A stretch of 64,000 nt of DNA from Oligoflexales bacterium (GCA_045106415.1 JBGCEP010000012.1:8976-72975), one strand, 5' to 3'; counted from the first letter of the stretch, positions 18,578-28,795 are shown. A program made the numbers and translations. Notes: a model not told the origin generated them from the sequence alone.

Positions 18578-21500
18578 TTATTGAACAAGATTAGAACGAC
18601 TATCTGATACTTTTAATACATGAGAAAAATAAGATGGATTTACGGTTTCAGCATTAATTTTTTTATGATCAGCAGGTCGTAACTCTGCCATTTTCTCATA
18701 TGCTAGCTTCGTCCAGTTTGAAAATGTACCAACATCTCGAGAACTATTATACGCATGTTCGTAATACTTATAAGCTTCCTCTTTCAACGGGAAAGCAACC
18801 TGCTCTAAAGATGATTTAAAAGCATTCACTACATCTTCACCAGCACCAGAAGGTGCTTCAACATTAAATAAATCTTCTGCTAATTTTTCATGAACACGAC
18901 CCATCCTATAAAGAGACGCTACCGTGAACTCACCACTCCCTGTTTCAATCACGACTTCATAATCTTTAACTAAAGAAATAAGCATTTTATTTTTATTTTG
19001 TATCGATTTTTCAATTTGAGATGACCCTAGAGGGTAATCAAGGAATCTTTTATATTTTGCATTTACCACTCTAAACATTCCTTCTGCTACTAAATTTCGT
19101 GCCTCTATAGGAGCATTTTGTGTTGAAAGAAGCTGTTGTCGCACACGAAATAATGATTGCTGACCTTTAGATGGATTTAATTGAGATTCTAAATGAGCAG
19201 ACCTTGCAGCTGCGACTAAAGATCTTTCAGATCTAGGAAACCTCCTCTGAAAACCAGCATAAGATCGTCGGGCTTCATCTTTCTTACCTGCCGCCTCTAA
19301 TATTTCTGATGTTTCAAAAGCTACTTTTTCATACAGTGGAGATTGAGGATGAAGATTCATAAGAGCAACAGCGCTTTCAATTGCTAACGCATACTTTTTT
19401 AAACCCCGATACAGAACAGTCGCATTATATAATGCCCCAGGAGATCTAGAGTCTTTCGGGTATTTTTCTCCTAATGTTTTATAGTATTTAGCAGCTAAAT
19501 CAAATTGCGCTAAAGACTCATACGTCTGAGCAACAATTGCATTTACATCTTTTTTCAAAGGAGAACTTGGAAATTTGTCAATCAAGATACGATTTGCATC
19601 AAGTGATTTCTCAACCTCTCCAATCTGGTGGAAATTAAGAGACGCTTTATACAAAGCTAAATCTGCATCTTTTGCTTTTGGGAATTTTTGATATAAAGAC
19701 ATAAATGTAGAAGAAGCATCTTTATAAGATTTGTTTTTCTCGTAGTTCTCTCCGATTTTAAACATTGATCCCTGCACAAGACCCGCAACCCAAGATCTCA
19801 ATCCATTATCTGCTAAAGCTCCATCATGTGAAGCAATATGATTTGAGACCTTAATAACATCTTCCCATTGCTTACGGTCAGCGTGATAACTAATCATAGT
19901 TTTTACAGCTTCGTTATTTTGTTGTGTAGCAGGATGCTGCTTCATTATTTTTAAATAAACATCAAATGATCTTTCATAATGACCATGCGTGAAATAAATT
20001 TCAGCAATTGTTGATTTTAATTTCGCTAAGCTTTTATCTTGTGGATAAAATTTATGATAAGCATGAATTGCTTTTATAAGCTTTTTCTGTTCTCTTGGAA
20101 TATCTATTTTTTTTGCTGCTTTTCCTCTCGGCGGCAATTTGGATTTCTCTTGCTGGAGAATCGCTAAATTCAATGTCGAAATTGCTGACAAAGCAGCATC
20201 TGGACGAAATTTAGTATTGGGTTCTGCCACTTTTGCGTATTGATCAGATGCCAGCTCATACTTTTTAAAATCTTCTAAAATTGTCGCTAGATAAAAACGC
20301 ATCTCCACGGATGTTTGTGAAGATTCAAAATGTTTTAAATATAAATGATATAAAGAAGCTGCAGCTGCAACATAGGATTTTTTATCGTTTTCAGCGCCGT
20401 ATTGATGAAAAGATGTTGCATACCTCTGAAGCTCTTTTTGAAAATCTTCTTTTGCTGATATGACAGCATCTGCATTTTTTTCTTTAAGATCTTGCACCCA
20501 TTCAGACTTACCCAGATAAGTCTTTGAATAAGATTTCAAGCTGCTAACAACTTTTTTAGGCTTATTTAACCCTTCATAAAGAGAAACAACGGTGAGAGAA
20601 ACCTCGTAATTACTCTCTCTTGAAGGAGCTTCTCTTAAAAGTCTAGCGAAGACTCGAATAGACTTTTCTTGTTCACCATTTTCTTCATACAAATAACCTA
20701 GCCTTTCAAGCATTGCATAAAATTTATTTTCTTCATCTAAATTTTTAAAATAATCCCAAGCACTTTGTATATCTTCAGCATCTGCCCATACCATCACAAG
20801 ATCGTTCAAAGCCTCATCTTTAAGTGAATATTGTGTATCACGACTTGTGCTACTTGCTAATTTAACAACAAGTTTGAATGCCGCTGCTGCTTTTGTAAGA
20901 TGCTTTTGCTTCACAGACTCATCATTGAAAGCTTGGTTATAATGGGACCATCCTAGTTTATAAACAGCATAAGGGTAAGCTTTGTGTTTAGGGAATTTTA
21001 AGACACCTCGATAATTTTGGATTGATTTTTGAACATTCTGATTTTCAAAGTAATGCTCACCTAAGGCTAAAAATGTATCTGGAACAAGTGGTGAACGAGG
21101 ATGTGTCTTAAGGAGCTGATTAAAATATAAATCAGCATTACTGTTACCAAGCCTAGCTAATGTTGTTCCTAAAGCAAAGAGAGCTCCATCAGTACGGGGA
21201 TGTTTTGGAAATTTACTAACAAGTTTTCTAAAAACATTCACTGCAGATGTTAATAAAGATCTAGAATCATTATGAGATAATTGTGGTTCTGGACCTTTCT
21301 TTTTACCTTTCACCCATGATTTATACTGTAATTGATAGCGGCTATATTCTAAATCTCTATAATAGTCATGGCGTTCCGTCATAATTTCACCTAAACGGAG
21401 GTACAACTCAAACTCTCTTTCCCCTAATGACGCTCTTGATTTTAATATTTTTGAAATTGCCTTAATTGTTTTCAACCTAAGCTTTTCAGCTTGTTTTTTT

Positions 21501-21649
21501 TCTTTAACTGAAGCCGTATGATCAAATTTCGAAAAATACTTTGCATAATCTTCAATCGAAGGAGGACGGCGCTCTTCTCTTGCTAATAGACTAACACTTA
21601 AAAAAGCACTAAAAAGAAAGATAATAGTATTTAAAAACTTAGACTTCAT
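18578..21649 (-). CDS. Large TPR protein, GltD/AgmU-like
   Basis: 1023 aa, signal peptide, many TPRs, YAVYKLGWSHYN, C-terminal LEQVAFPLKEEA. Confidence 0.75.
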   Translation of the reverse strand: MKSKFLNTIIFLFSAFLSVSLLAREERRPPSIEDYAKYFSKFDHTASVKEKKQAEKLRLKTIKAISKILKSRASLGEREFELYLRLGEIMTERHDYYRDLEYSRYQLQYKSWVKGKKKGPEPQLSHNDSRSLLTSAVNVFRKLVSKFPKHPRTDGALFALGTTLARLGNSNADLYFNQLLKTHPRSPLVPDTFLALGEHYFENQNVQKSIQNYRGVLKFPKHKAYPYAVYKLGWSHYNQAFNDESVKQKHLTKAAAAFKLVVKLASSTSRDTQYSLKDEALNDLVMVWADAEDIQSAWDYFKNLDEENKFYAMLERLGYLYEENGEQEKSIRVFARLLREAPSRESNYEVSLTVVSLYEGLNKPKKVVSSLKSYSKTYLGKSEWVQDLKEKNADAVISAKEDFQKELQRYATSFHQYGAENDKKSYVAAAASLYHLYLKHFESSQTSVEMRFYLATILEDFKKYELASDQYAKVAEPNTKFRPDAALSAISTLNLAILQQEKSKLPPRGKAAKKIDIPREQKKLIKAIHAYHKFYPQDKSLAKLKSTIAEIYFTHGHYERSFDVYLKIMKQHPATQQNNEAVKTMISYHADRKQWEDVIKVSNHIASHDGALADNGLRSWVAGLVQGSMFKIGENYEKNKSYKDASSTFMSLYQKFPKAKDADLALYKASLNFHQIGEVEKSLDANRILIDKFPSSPLKKDVNAIVAQTYESLAQFDLAAKYYKTLGEKYPKDSRSPGALYNATVLYRGLKKYALAIESAVALMNLHPQSPLYEKVAFETSEILEAAGKKDEARRSYAGFQRRFPRSERSLVAAARSAHLESQLNPSKGQQSLFRVRQQLLSTQNAPIEARNLVAEGMFRVVNAKYKRFLDYPLGSSQIEKSIQNKNKMLISLVKDYEVVIETGSGEFTVASLYRMGRVHEKLAEDLFNVEAPSGAGEDVVNAFKSSLEQVAFPLKEEAYKYYEHAYNSSRDVGTFSNWTKLAYEKMAELRPADHKKINAETVNPSYFSHVLKVSDSRSNLVQ

Positions 21650-21673
21650 ATCGTCTCCAATAGAAAAGAAAAC

Positions 21674-23188
21674 CTACTCACGACACGCAGAGTTTTCTTG
21701 ATAAATATAATATCCAACTTCATCCCACCAATATTCACCTTTATTATCACTCGCCCAGCTTTGGTTGTTCACACGGCCCCAGCCTTGGACTTTTAACCTC
21801 CTCGAAACATTATCGAATTTCAATGAAGAGTGAAGCTCTTTTCCTAGTACTTGATCGGCCTCACTCATTAAAAGTTCGACCATTAAAAAATCAACTTGCT
21901 GATTTAAACCATCATATTCTTTTTCAAGAGATTTAAGTTCAGTAATAAATTGCCGTCCAAGTTCTTGTTTCAAAGATTTTTCCCAATTCATAATCCGACG
22001 TATTGATTGATTACGAGTCGACTTAAAAATCTTGTCTTTTTGCATTCTGTTTCTCTCCTCCAAAGCATCAGCTAATTGCGATCGAATAGCCATCATCGAA
22101 GGTTGATTCATCGCTGATTGTAAAAGAGGCCTAGGGAGCTCTAAAGAACTTGAAGAAACACCTGCTAGGACATCTTCAAAAAGCCTATAAGCAGACATAG
22201 GAGAAACACGACGCTTACTAAGCCATGTTTTTAATTTAACAATTACTTTTCTGTCATTATCAATAAAGCTCTGAAGAGCAATTCGACTTTGATCATAGCG
22301 ACACATCCAAAAATATGAAATAGCTTGCAACACATGATCTTCAGGACGGTATGTATCAAAAAAAGGACTTCCGGCACCATGCAAAGCTCCTAATGCGTGA
22401 TTAGGGTGCCCGGACATAAAGAATGCCCAAGCTTGCTCTGATAAAGCATCTTGAAACCATAGTCCATCTCTTGAGATGGAACGATATAATTTAATAGATT
22501 GTAAAAATTTCTTTTCTTCATAAAAAATTCTGGCTGCCGTTAAAGAGGATAAGTCAACAAGCCTTGTTTCTTCTGTATCTGAAAAATCTCCACCAACGAC
22601 TTCTTTACGCATTTTTAATAAAATTTTCAAAGCTTGATTATTTCGACCCTGATCAACAAGAATAAGAGCAATTCTATATTGAGCAGGCCAATAATGCCGA
22701 GAGTTCTTTGGTATACTCTTAAAGGTTTTTACGGCATCTCTAATGTTATTTTTTTTCTCCAGTGAAATCCCATAATAATACTTCCATGACTTTACTCTTG
22801 TGCTTTCTGAGTAAGTTGTAACAAGTTCATCCATCATATGGTTTAAATGGTAGCGGCTTGCGACACGATCAATTTTTTTAATAGATATTTTCATCGGTCT
22901 TTGAATAGCTGATAAAGCATCATAAGCATATAATGCAGAGGCCACTGGATATTTCTTTTCCATAAAACCAGACAAGACGCTAAAATAATAAGCCTTTGTC
23001 TTTCTGTCCATTTTTTCTATTCTTTGCCTTGATAAGAATTTCCATAACTCCAAAGTCGATAATTTTTTAGATTTATGAGCTATGACATTTTTTTTGATAT
23101 GAGAAACTGATACACGCTGACTCTTAGCCGCCATACTCGTCGACAAAATCATTAAAAATATAAAAATTTTCACAACACTATTCACCAA
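21674..23188 (-). CDS. TPR protein, GltC-like
   Basis: ALSEQAWAFF, ALGALH...SPFF, PE, C.Y, C-terminal GEYWWDEVGYY. Confidence 0.75.
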   Translation of the reverse strand: MVNSVVKIFIFLMILSTSMAAKSQRVSVSHIKKNVIAHKSKKLSTLELWKFLSRQRIEKMDRKTKAYYFSVLSGFMEKKYPVASALYAYDALSAIQRPMKISIKKIDRVASRYHLNHMMDELVTTYSESTRVKSWKYYYGISLEKKNNIRDAVKTFKSIPKNSRHYWPAQYRIALILVDQGRNNQALKILLKMRKEVVGGDFSDTEETRLVDLSSLTAARIFYEEKKFLQSIKLYRSISRDGLWFQDALSEQAWAFFMSGHPNHALGALHGAGSPFFDTYRPEDHVLQAISYFWMCRYDQSRIALQSFIDNDRKVIVKLKTWLSKRRVSPMSAYRLFEDVLAGVSSSSLELPRPLLQSAMNQPSMMAIRSQLADALEERNRMQKDKIFKSTRNQSIRRIMNWEKSLKQELGRQFITELKSLEKEYDGLNQQVDFLMVELLMSEADQVLGKELHSSLKFDNVSRRLKVQGWGRVNNQSWASDNKGEYWWDEVGYYIYQENSACRE

Positions 23189-23193
23189 AACTC

Positions 23194-23877
23194 CTAGAGC
23201 ATATACCCTAAATTAAGACTTAAATTCATGATGTGACGCGTATATTTTTGCTGACTTCTCTCTTCTTGAAAAAAACGGCTTCTATATAAGAACTTTATGC
23301 TCCACTGCTCCATAAAATACATAGCTTCACCAAAGCCGAGATTAAGAGCTATTTTTTGGCCTTGATCTGTTTTTAGAGATGTAAGTCCTGTGAGAAAAAG
23401 AAAATCTGCGTAAACAATATTTTCATCTAAGATATTAAATTTTCCATAAAAAGGAGCAAAGACTACCCCAAGATCCGTCATTGAGTGAATCCTATTTCTT
23501 TCAGGATCAACACTCACTAATCGATCTGGATCAGCAGTATCCGTCACAACAGGCCTATAACTTAACGACCTTAAAGCATTGTAATCATCACTATCTGTGA
23601 TGTGTGATTGATTTATATTGAGTTCAAAGCCTAAACTTTCTTTAAGAAAATAAGAAAGATGTAAACCTGTCAGGAAAGTATCATTGTACGCTTCTCGTAA
23701 AATCATACTCGTATTCAATCCAAATTGGATTCTGTTCGATTTCTCAAAAAACCTTTGCTGCAATACTGATACAGGCCTACGAGACTGAACTCCACGAATA
23801 CCGTCAGCATCTACAGAAGAAGCTAATAAAAAATCAGGCATCCATACCATGGTCAAAAATAATAAAAAATTTCTCAT
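23194..23877 (-). CDS. Outer-membrane beta-barrel protein, GltA/GltB-like
   Basis: Signal peptide, VSVLQQRFFEK, FAPFYGKF, terminal beta strand LNLGYML; first gene of the operon. Confidence 0.7.
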   Translation of the reverse strand: MRNFLLFLTMVWMPDFLLASSVDADGIRGVQSRRPVSVLQQRFFEKSNRIQFGLNTSMILREAYNDTFLTGLHLSYFLKESLGFELNINQSHITDSDDYNALRSLSYRPVVTDTADPDRLVSVDPERNRIHSMTDLGVVFAPFYGKFNILDENIVYADFLFLTGLTSLKTDQGQKIALNLGFGEAMYFMEQWSIKFLYRSRFFQEERSQQKYTRHIMNLSLNLGYML

Positions 23878-24160
23878 TCTCTATCCTCCAGAGGTTGAAC
23901 TCCCCTGTAGTATTCATTTCGGTCACAATCCCAAAAAATCCAACTGGCAAAAATTTCCTTGTATTTTTCGATCTCTAAAAAATTCATTTCACCCAACTCT
24001 TTGCCATACATGATAATTTATTGTCATGATAGCTCGTCCCATCACAAAGCTATGCCGGCAATTTTGTGACCTCACTACAAAACTCGTATATTTGACAATT
24101 GATATCGAGAAAGAAGACAATCTTGTTGAAAAACAATCACCTTCCATATGAGGCATCGTA

Positions 24161-24865
24161 ATGATTAAAAAATCTATTTTCATGAATTTTTTATTTGCAA
24201 ATCTATTGCTTGGGCAAAATGTTATCGAAATACCCGCACCTATTGAAAAAATATTTTCAATAGAAAAGGGTTTTGATAACAATGACAATGTTGAAGTTCT
24301 CATTTCAGGTTACTTACCAGATACTTGCCACAAACTTGGACGGACAACAGTAAATGTAGATCATGAAAACAAACACATTCAAATTAATGCCACAGCATTT
24401 TTTCAGCAAGACAAGTCTTGCCTACAGATACGTACTCCATATCTAGAAACTATCAATATAGGCCTCTTAGCTGCAGGATCTTATAGCATTGATGTTGTAG
24501 GACAAAATATATTTCAAAGCCAACTCAAAATCGATACAAGTTATCACTCACAACAAGATGACCAGCTCTATGCACCAGTTCAATCTCTTTCTTTGGAACC
24601 AGGCCAATCAACAGTTCTTCTTCAAGGTAGCTACCCAAATGTCCTGGAAGGTTGTATGGTCATAGAAAAAATTGAAACATATAAAATGGATAATATCCTA
24701 GTGATTCTCCCTATTGCTGCTATCACTAAAGATGAAAATATCTGCAACCGGGACGACAAAATGTTCTCCCTGCATGTTGATATTGACGATGAATTAAAAA
24801 ACAACAACGGGCTCGTCTATATTCGCACTGCAAGTGGGCGTTCAAAGAGTCTTTTAGTGAACTAA
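24161..24865 (+). CDS. Exported hypothetical protein with two similar domains
   Basis: Signal peptide, GFDNNDNVEVLISGYLPDTC; second unit YAPV...LQGSYPN...C. Confidence 0.75.
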   Translation: MIKKSIFMNFLFANLLLGQNVIEIPAPIEKIFSIEKGFDNNDNVEVLISGYLPDTCHKLGRTTVNVDHENKHIQINATAFFQQDKSCLQIRTPYLETINIGLLAAGSYSIDVVGQNIFQSQLKIDTSYHSQQDDQLYAPVQSLSLEPGQSTVLLQGSYPNVLEGCMVIEKIETYKMDNILVILPIAAITKDENICNRDDKMFSLHVDIDDELKNNNGLVYIRTASGRSKSLLVN

Positions 24866-24870
24866 AAAAT

Positions 24871-25248
24871 TTAAGGTCGCCGTGATTTCGAAAGCTTACG
24901 GCGATCTTTTCCTAACTCAAGACTCAAAAAAGTATCTGCAAACAAAGCTAAATACGAAGCAAAGAGTACAGTACCAATAATCATTAAAACAATAGCAACA
25001 ATCCTTCCCCAGAAAGTTACCGGAACAATATCTCCATAACCCACTGCTGTAACCGTAGTAAAGGCCCACCAAATTGCGTCCATACGCTCATCAACATCAG
25101 GATTTTGACCAAATTCAAAAAAATAAAATAGTTCAGAAAAAATAAAGACAGAAAAGTTCCCTAAAGTTGAAAGAACTACAAAGTGTGGTGAAAAAATAAA
25201 ATCCTGCAAAGAAACTAACAATGACGTGTATCGTGACGACACTTTCAT
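24871..25248 (-). CDS. Minimal two-TM potassium channel (KcsA-like)
   Basis: DAIWWAFTTVTAVGYGDIVPVTFWGR flanked by two TM helices. Confidence 0.9.
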   Translation of the reverse strand: MKVSSRYTSLLVSLQDFIFSPHFVVLSTLGNFSVFIFSELFYFFEFGQNPDVDERMDAIWWAFTTVTAVGYGDIVPVTFWGRIVAIVLMIIGTVLFASYLALFADTFLSLELGKDRRKLSKSRRP

Positions 25249-25368
25249 TATTTAACCCCTGAATAGAAATAGAACATCTCATTATTTCTAATATACTCTA
25301 AAAACAACCATTGGTGTTTAAATCCATAATCATCTAAGATGGCTACCGTAAATACCACGGAGAACATC

Positions 25369-26580
25369 ATGTTTAGTTTTCGATATTCTGAACTATTAAA
25401 TGCTAGAAATTTGCTCATTTCCACCTGTGGATTGCTGCAAAAAAAGAAAACCGTTTTTCTCACCAAAAATTTCCATGACTGTTATCTTGTTTTAAAGAAC
25501 TCCCATATCAAAGGTCTCTTTATAGAGCAATTTGTTGCATGTCCAGCATGGAGCCCTGTTTTATCCATAGAATCAACAGATGGAGACCTCTGGAAACAAT
25601 TACAAAGACGATTTAAAACAACATTTACTCAACTGTCATGGGAAGAAAAAATCCCAAAACTCATTAAAAAATACATAAAAAAAACACTCCTAAAAACTAA
25701 AGATATCAATAACACCTTCATTAGAGAAATCATTTGTCAAACAATGTTTGAAGTCCTTTTTCATATAGAGCCAACTCAAGAACAGATTCAACTCTTTTGC
25801 TCAGCATCCATGGAATGGTCTAAAGAAATCGCCATGCGAGGATCACGCAATCCTCAACTTAAAAAAGAATTTTGGCAAGAACTCTCCCTTTTAGTCTCCT
25901 TTCACTACCCTGAGATGAAAAGTATGAATACCAAAGAGCGTATGATATTTATCTCCTCTCTTGCACAACCTTTTATTTTATCTCCTATGATTAATTTTTC
26001 AGACATTTATGCGTCGTTCAGTTTTCAAATCGAAAAAAGCCCACAATGGGGTTCATGGTTGCAAAAGCAAGTCGCGAACAATCAAAGCATGAATATTCTT
26101 CACTTCATGCTAGAGTGCATTCGCATTCATCACCCTTTCCCAATATTCGAAAGAGAAATGATCAAAGACTTAAGCATTAGCGATCAAACTCTTAAAAAAG
26201 GAACTCAAGTTTTTATCCTTCTTGATTCTTTTTCTATGGAAAAAGATATTCATCTGAAATACTGGGAAAACCAAGATAAAAATATTATGAAATCATTTAT
26301 TTTTGGATCTGGAGCAAGAAGCTGTTTAGGCCAAAAGTTAGCTGAAAGCATTTTAGTGGAAATGACTAAAAACCTCGTTTTAGAAAATATTCCATTAACA
26401 AAACTACAGTCAGGCCTTTCCTTTAGCGGGCGCCTGAATGATCATCAAACAATTCCAGGTGAGACTCTCTATCAAACAAAAAAAGCAGTTAATCTTCTCA
26501 AATCAAGTTACGCCGTAGGAAAAGGAGAAAAGGTGCAATGCCCATTTCATACCGCACAATCTGACTTACAATCATTTTAA
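25369..26580 (+). CDS. Cytochrome P450 (atypical)
   Basis: ExxR (ECIR..HP), heme motif FGSGARSCLG; GGAG RBS before ATG 25369 (alternative start 25339). Confidence 0.85.
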   Translation: MFSFRYSELLNARNLLISTCGLLQKKKTVFLTKNFHDCYLVLKNSHIKGLFIEQFVACPAWSPVLSIESTDGDLWKQLQRRFKTTFTQLSWEEKIPKLIKKYIKKTLLKTKDINNTFIREIICQTMFEVLFHIEPTQEQIQLFCSASMEWSKEIAMRGSRNPQLKKEFWQELSLLVSFHYPEMKSMNTKERMIFISSLAQPFILSPMINFSDIYASFSFQIEKSPQWGSWLQKQVANNQSMNILHFMLECIRIHHPFPIFEREMIKDLSISDQTLKKGTQVFILLDSFSMEKDIHLKYWENQDKNIMKSFIFGSGARSCLGQKLAESILVEMTKNLVLENIPLTKLQSGLSFSGRLNDHQTIPGETLYQTKKAVNLLKSSYAVGKGEKVQCPFHTAQSDLQSF

Positions 26581-26589
26581 AAAAGAAAG

Positions 26590-26665
26590 TGGTGGAGATA
26601 AGCGGAATCGAACCGCTGACCTATACAATGCCATTGTATCGCTCTACCAACTGAGCTATATCCCC
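26590..26665 (-). tRNA. tRNA-Ala(GGC)
   Basis: 76-nt cloverleaf GGGGATA...TATCTCCACCA, G3:U70 pair, anticodon loop ATGGCAT, GGTTCGA T arm, encoded CCA. Confidence 0.97.
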
Positions 26666-26677
26666 TGAAGATAAAAT

Positions 26678-26706
26678 GATCTACAACACTTACAATACAT
26701 TGTCAA
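26678..26706 (-). promoter_or_regulatory. Putative sigma70 promoter of tRNA-Ala
   Basis: TTGACA-17 nt-TAGATC. Confidence 0.55.
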
Positions 26707-26789
26707 GGTCGAAAATTTTCAATCGTAAATCTCCATTCTCAGTTTGAGAGCTGATATGATCGTATAAAAAATTGATTAAGGAAAAAATA

Positions 26790-27944
26790 ATGAGCATGCA
26801 GCGCGCGATGATTTTTTTGATCTTAATTGGAGCTATAGGTTTTGGATTCTCCTCTTACTCAATTCTCCACCACCAGCAAGTCCAACTGCAAGGCACTACA
26901 GACGCAGCCTGTAACATCAATTCCTCTATTAACTGTGATGCTATAGCAAATAGTGCCTACAGTGAGTTCTTTGGACAACCTTTGGGGCAGTGGGGGCAAG
27001 GGTTTTTTACAGCTTTTATTTTTTATGGAATTCTTATTTCTCTAGGTCAGGTTCAAAACCTTTTATGGCTTACTCTACTGGTGGCATTAGGGTGTCTTAC
27101 AACCCTCGCTCTGGGCGCGCTCTCATTCTCATTAGGCTCTCTCTGCCTCATTTGTCTTGGCGTCTATGCCAGTATCTTAAGCGCCGCAGGCGTTCTTTTT
27201 CAGATTCGAGGACACATCACAAGTTCATCTCCAGATCATCTTATCAAAAATATTGTACTCTCAGGTTTTTTACTCGCATCAGGCCTTATTTGGGCTCCAG
27301 CCACCTGGTTTTCCAATTTAGAAGATATAGCCCCCCCTAAACTTAAAGACTTCTCAGCCCCTTTGCTTGCCACAGAACAAAAAAACATACCGATCAGTAC
27401 TTCAAAATTTTCCGGCTTAGGCGAAGATTATAGATGGGGAAGTGATTCTGCAAAAGCTGTTATTGTTGAGTTCTCTGACTTTCAATGTCCTGCATGCGGA
27501 AATATGTCACACACTTTATCAACACTCAAAAAAGAATTTGGCGATGGACTTTTAATTGTTTACAAGAATTACCCTCTTGATAACTCTTGTAATAAAAGTA
27601 TGCAAAGAGGATTCCACGAACACGCCTGCCTTGCAGCAACTCTAGCTCGTTGTGCTGGTGAGTATCAAAAATTTTCTGACATGCACGATAAAATCTTCGC
27701 CAACCAATCTCAAATGAATGAAAGTAATCTTATAGCATGGGCGAAAGACATCGGTTTAAATCAGGATCAAATCTCAACATGTCAAACATCTCAAGCAATT
27801 CAAGATAAAATATCTGAGGACATATCACTCGGAAACTCCTTAGGAGTACAAGGGACTCCTAGTCTTTTCCTCAATGGTCGCAAGGTGTTAGACTCAAGGT
27901 TGAGCAGTCTTCGTACAGCTGTACAAGCTTATCTCAAAAATTGA
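26790..27944 (+). CDS. VKOR-DsbA/thioredoxin fusion
   Basis: CNINSSINC, SAYS, CLIC; EFSDFQCPAC, cis-Pro GTP. Confidence 0.9.
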   Translation: MSMQRAMIFLILIGAIGFGFSSYSILHHQQVQLQGTTDAACNINSSINCDAIANSAYSEFFGQPLGQWGQGFFTAFIFYGILISLGQVQNLLWLTLLVALGCLTTLALGALSFSLGSLCLICLGVYASILSAAGVLFQIRGHITSSSPDHLIKNIVLSGFLLASGLIWAPATWFSNLEDIAPPKLKDFSAPLLATEQKNIPISTSKFSGLGEDYRWGSDSAKAVIVEFSDFQCPACGNMSHTLSTLKKEFGDGLLIVYKNYPLDNSCNKSMQRGFHEHACLAATLARCAGEYQKFSDMHDKIFANQSQMNESNLIAWAKDIGLNQDQISTCQTSQAIQDKISEDISLGNSLGVQGTPSLFLNGRKVLDSRLSSLRTAVQAYLKN

Positions 27945-27975
27945 AACTTGACATTCATGTTATTGTCCGTCATGG

Positions 27976-28764
27976 ATGAACCTCATGACGGAGGCTTTAA
28001 TGGCACAAAATATGGAATTTGAAGCAGACTACCAGAAACGAATCCTACATATTCACTTTACCCAACCAACCGTCCTAGCCTCCCGCAGAGACGTCTTACA
28101 GTTGAGAGCTCAATGGACGGATGCTCTCAAAAGTTGGCATAGCCCTTATCGAGCAATCGTTAACTGTGAAAACCTCAGTGTCGAAAAAAACTCTGAGGTT
28201 GAAAACGCTTTGGCAACCATGATGGCTTTTCTAAAAGGTTTTTTTCTTAAAAAAGCTGAAGGCTTTGGCTACAGTACTGCACAAGGACATGATTCTTTAC
28301 CCTTTTCCGTTCACATTTCACGAGAAGAGTGTGAAGGAGCGCAAAAAAAAACCGCGAAAGATACACAAGACTTCCGATCGAGGCTCGCTTTAGAAAATCA
28401 TTTCCGTCAACAAACAGTTGAATTAATGATTGAGCACCCAACTGCGATTGAAACAAAAAAACAACTCAACATTCTTAAATCCAAGCTTACGAACAATCTT
28501 ATGCAATGGCACAGCGGCTGGAACCTTATGATTTATTGCCAACATCTCACAATCAACCCTGAGCTTTTTGACGAGTGGGAGAAGATGGTTGCGTTTCTTA
28601 AAGGCTTTTTCTTAAGAGATATCATCGGCTACAGCCCCTCATCTCGAGAAGCTTCTTACCCATTTGAAGTTTTTCGCTCAAGACATCGGGCGGCTGCAAG
28701 GCTTGAACAAGAATCGTTATCATCTGGGGATACAGCTCACTGTCAAAGTGGCAAACCTCTCTAG
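27976..28764 (+). CDS. Hypothetical protein with tandem duplicated domain
   Basis: WHS...C..L...M.AFLKGFFL occurs twice. Confidence 0.75.
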   Translation: MNLMTEALMAQNMEFEADYQKRILHIHFTQPTVLASRRDVLQLRAQWTDALKSWHSPYRAIVNCENLSVEKNSEVENALATMMAFLKGFFLKKAEGFGYSTAQGHDSLPFSVHISREECEGAQKKTAKDTQDFRSRLALENHFRQQTVELMIEHPTAIETKKQLNILKSKLTNNLMQWHSGWNLMIYCQHLTINPELFDEWEKMVAFLKGFFLRDIIGYSPSSREASYPFEVFRSRHRAAARLEQESLSSGDTAHCQSGKPL

Positions 28765-28795
28765 TCATAAATTTATAAAAATAGGAACACATGTT

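Noticed and set aside
11500..26665. Genomic island integrated at the tRNA-Ala 3' end
   Set aside because: The region is AT-rich with IS relics, but there is no integrase and no convincing att duplication; only a 7-nt GGTGGAG match near 11530.
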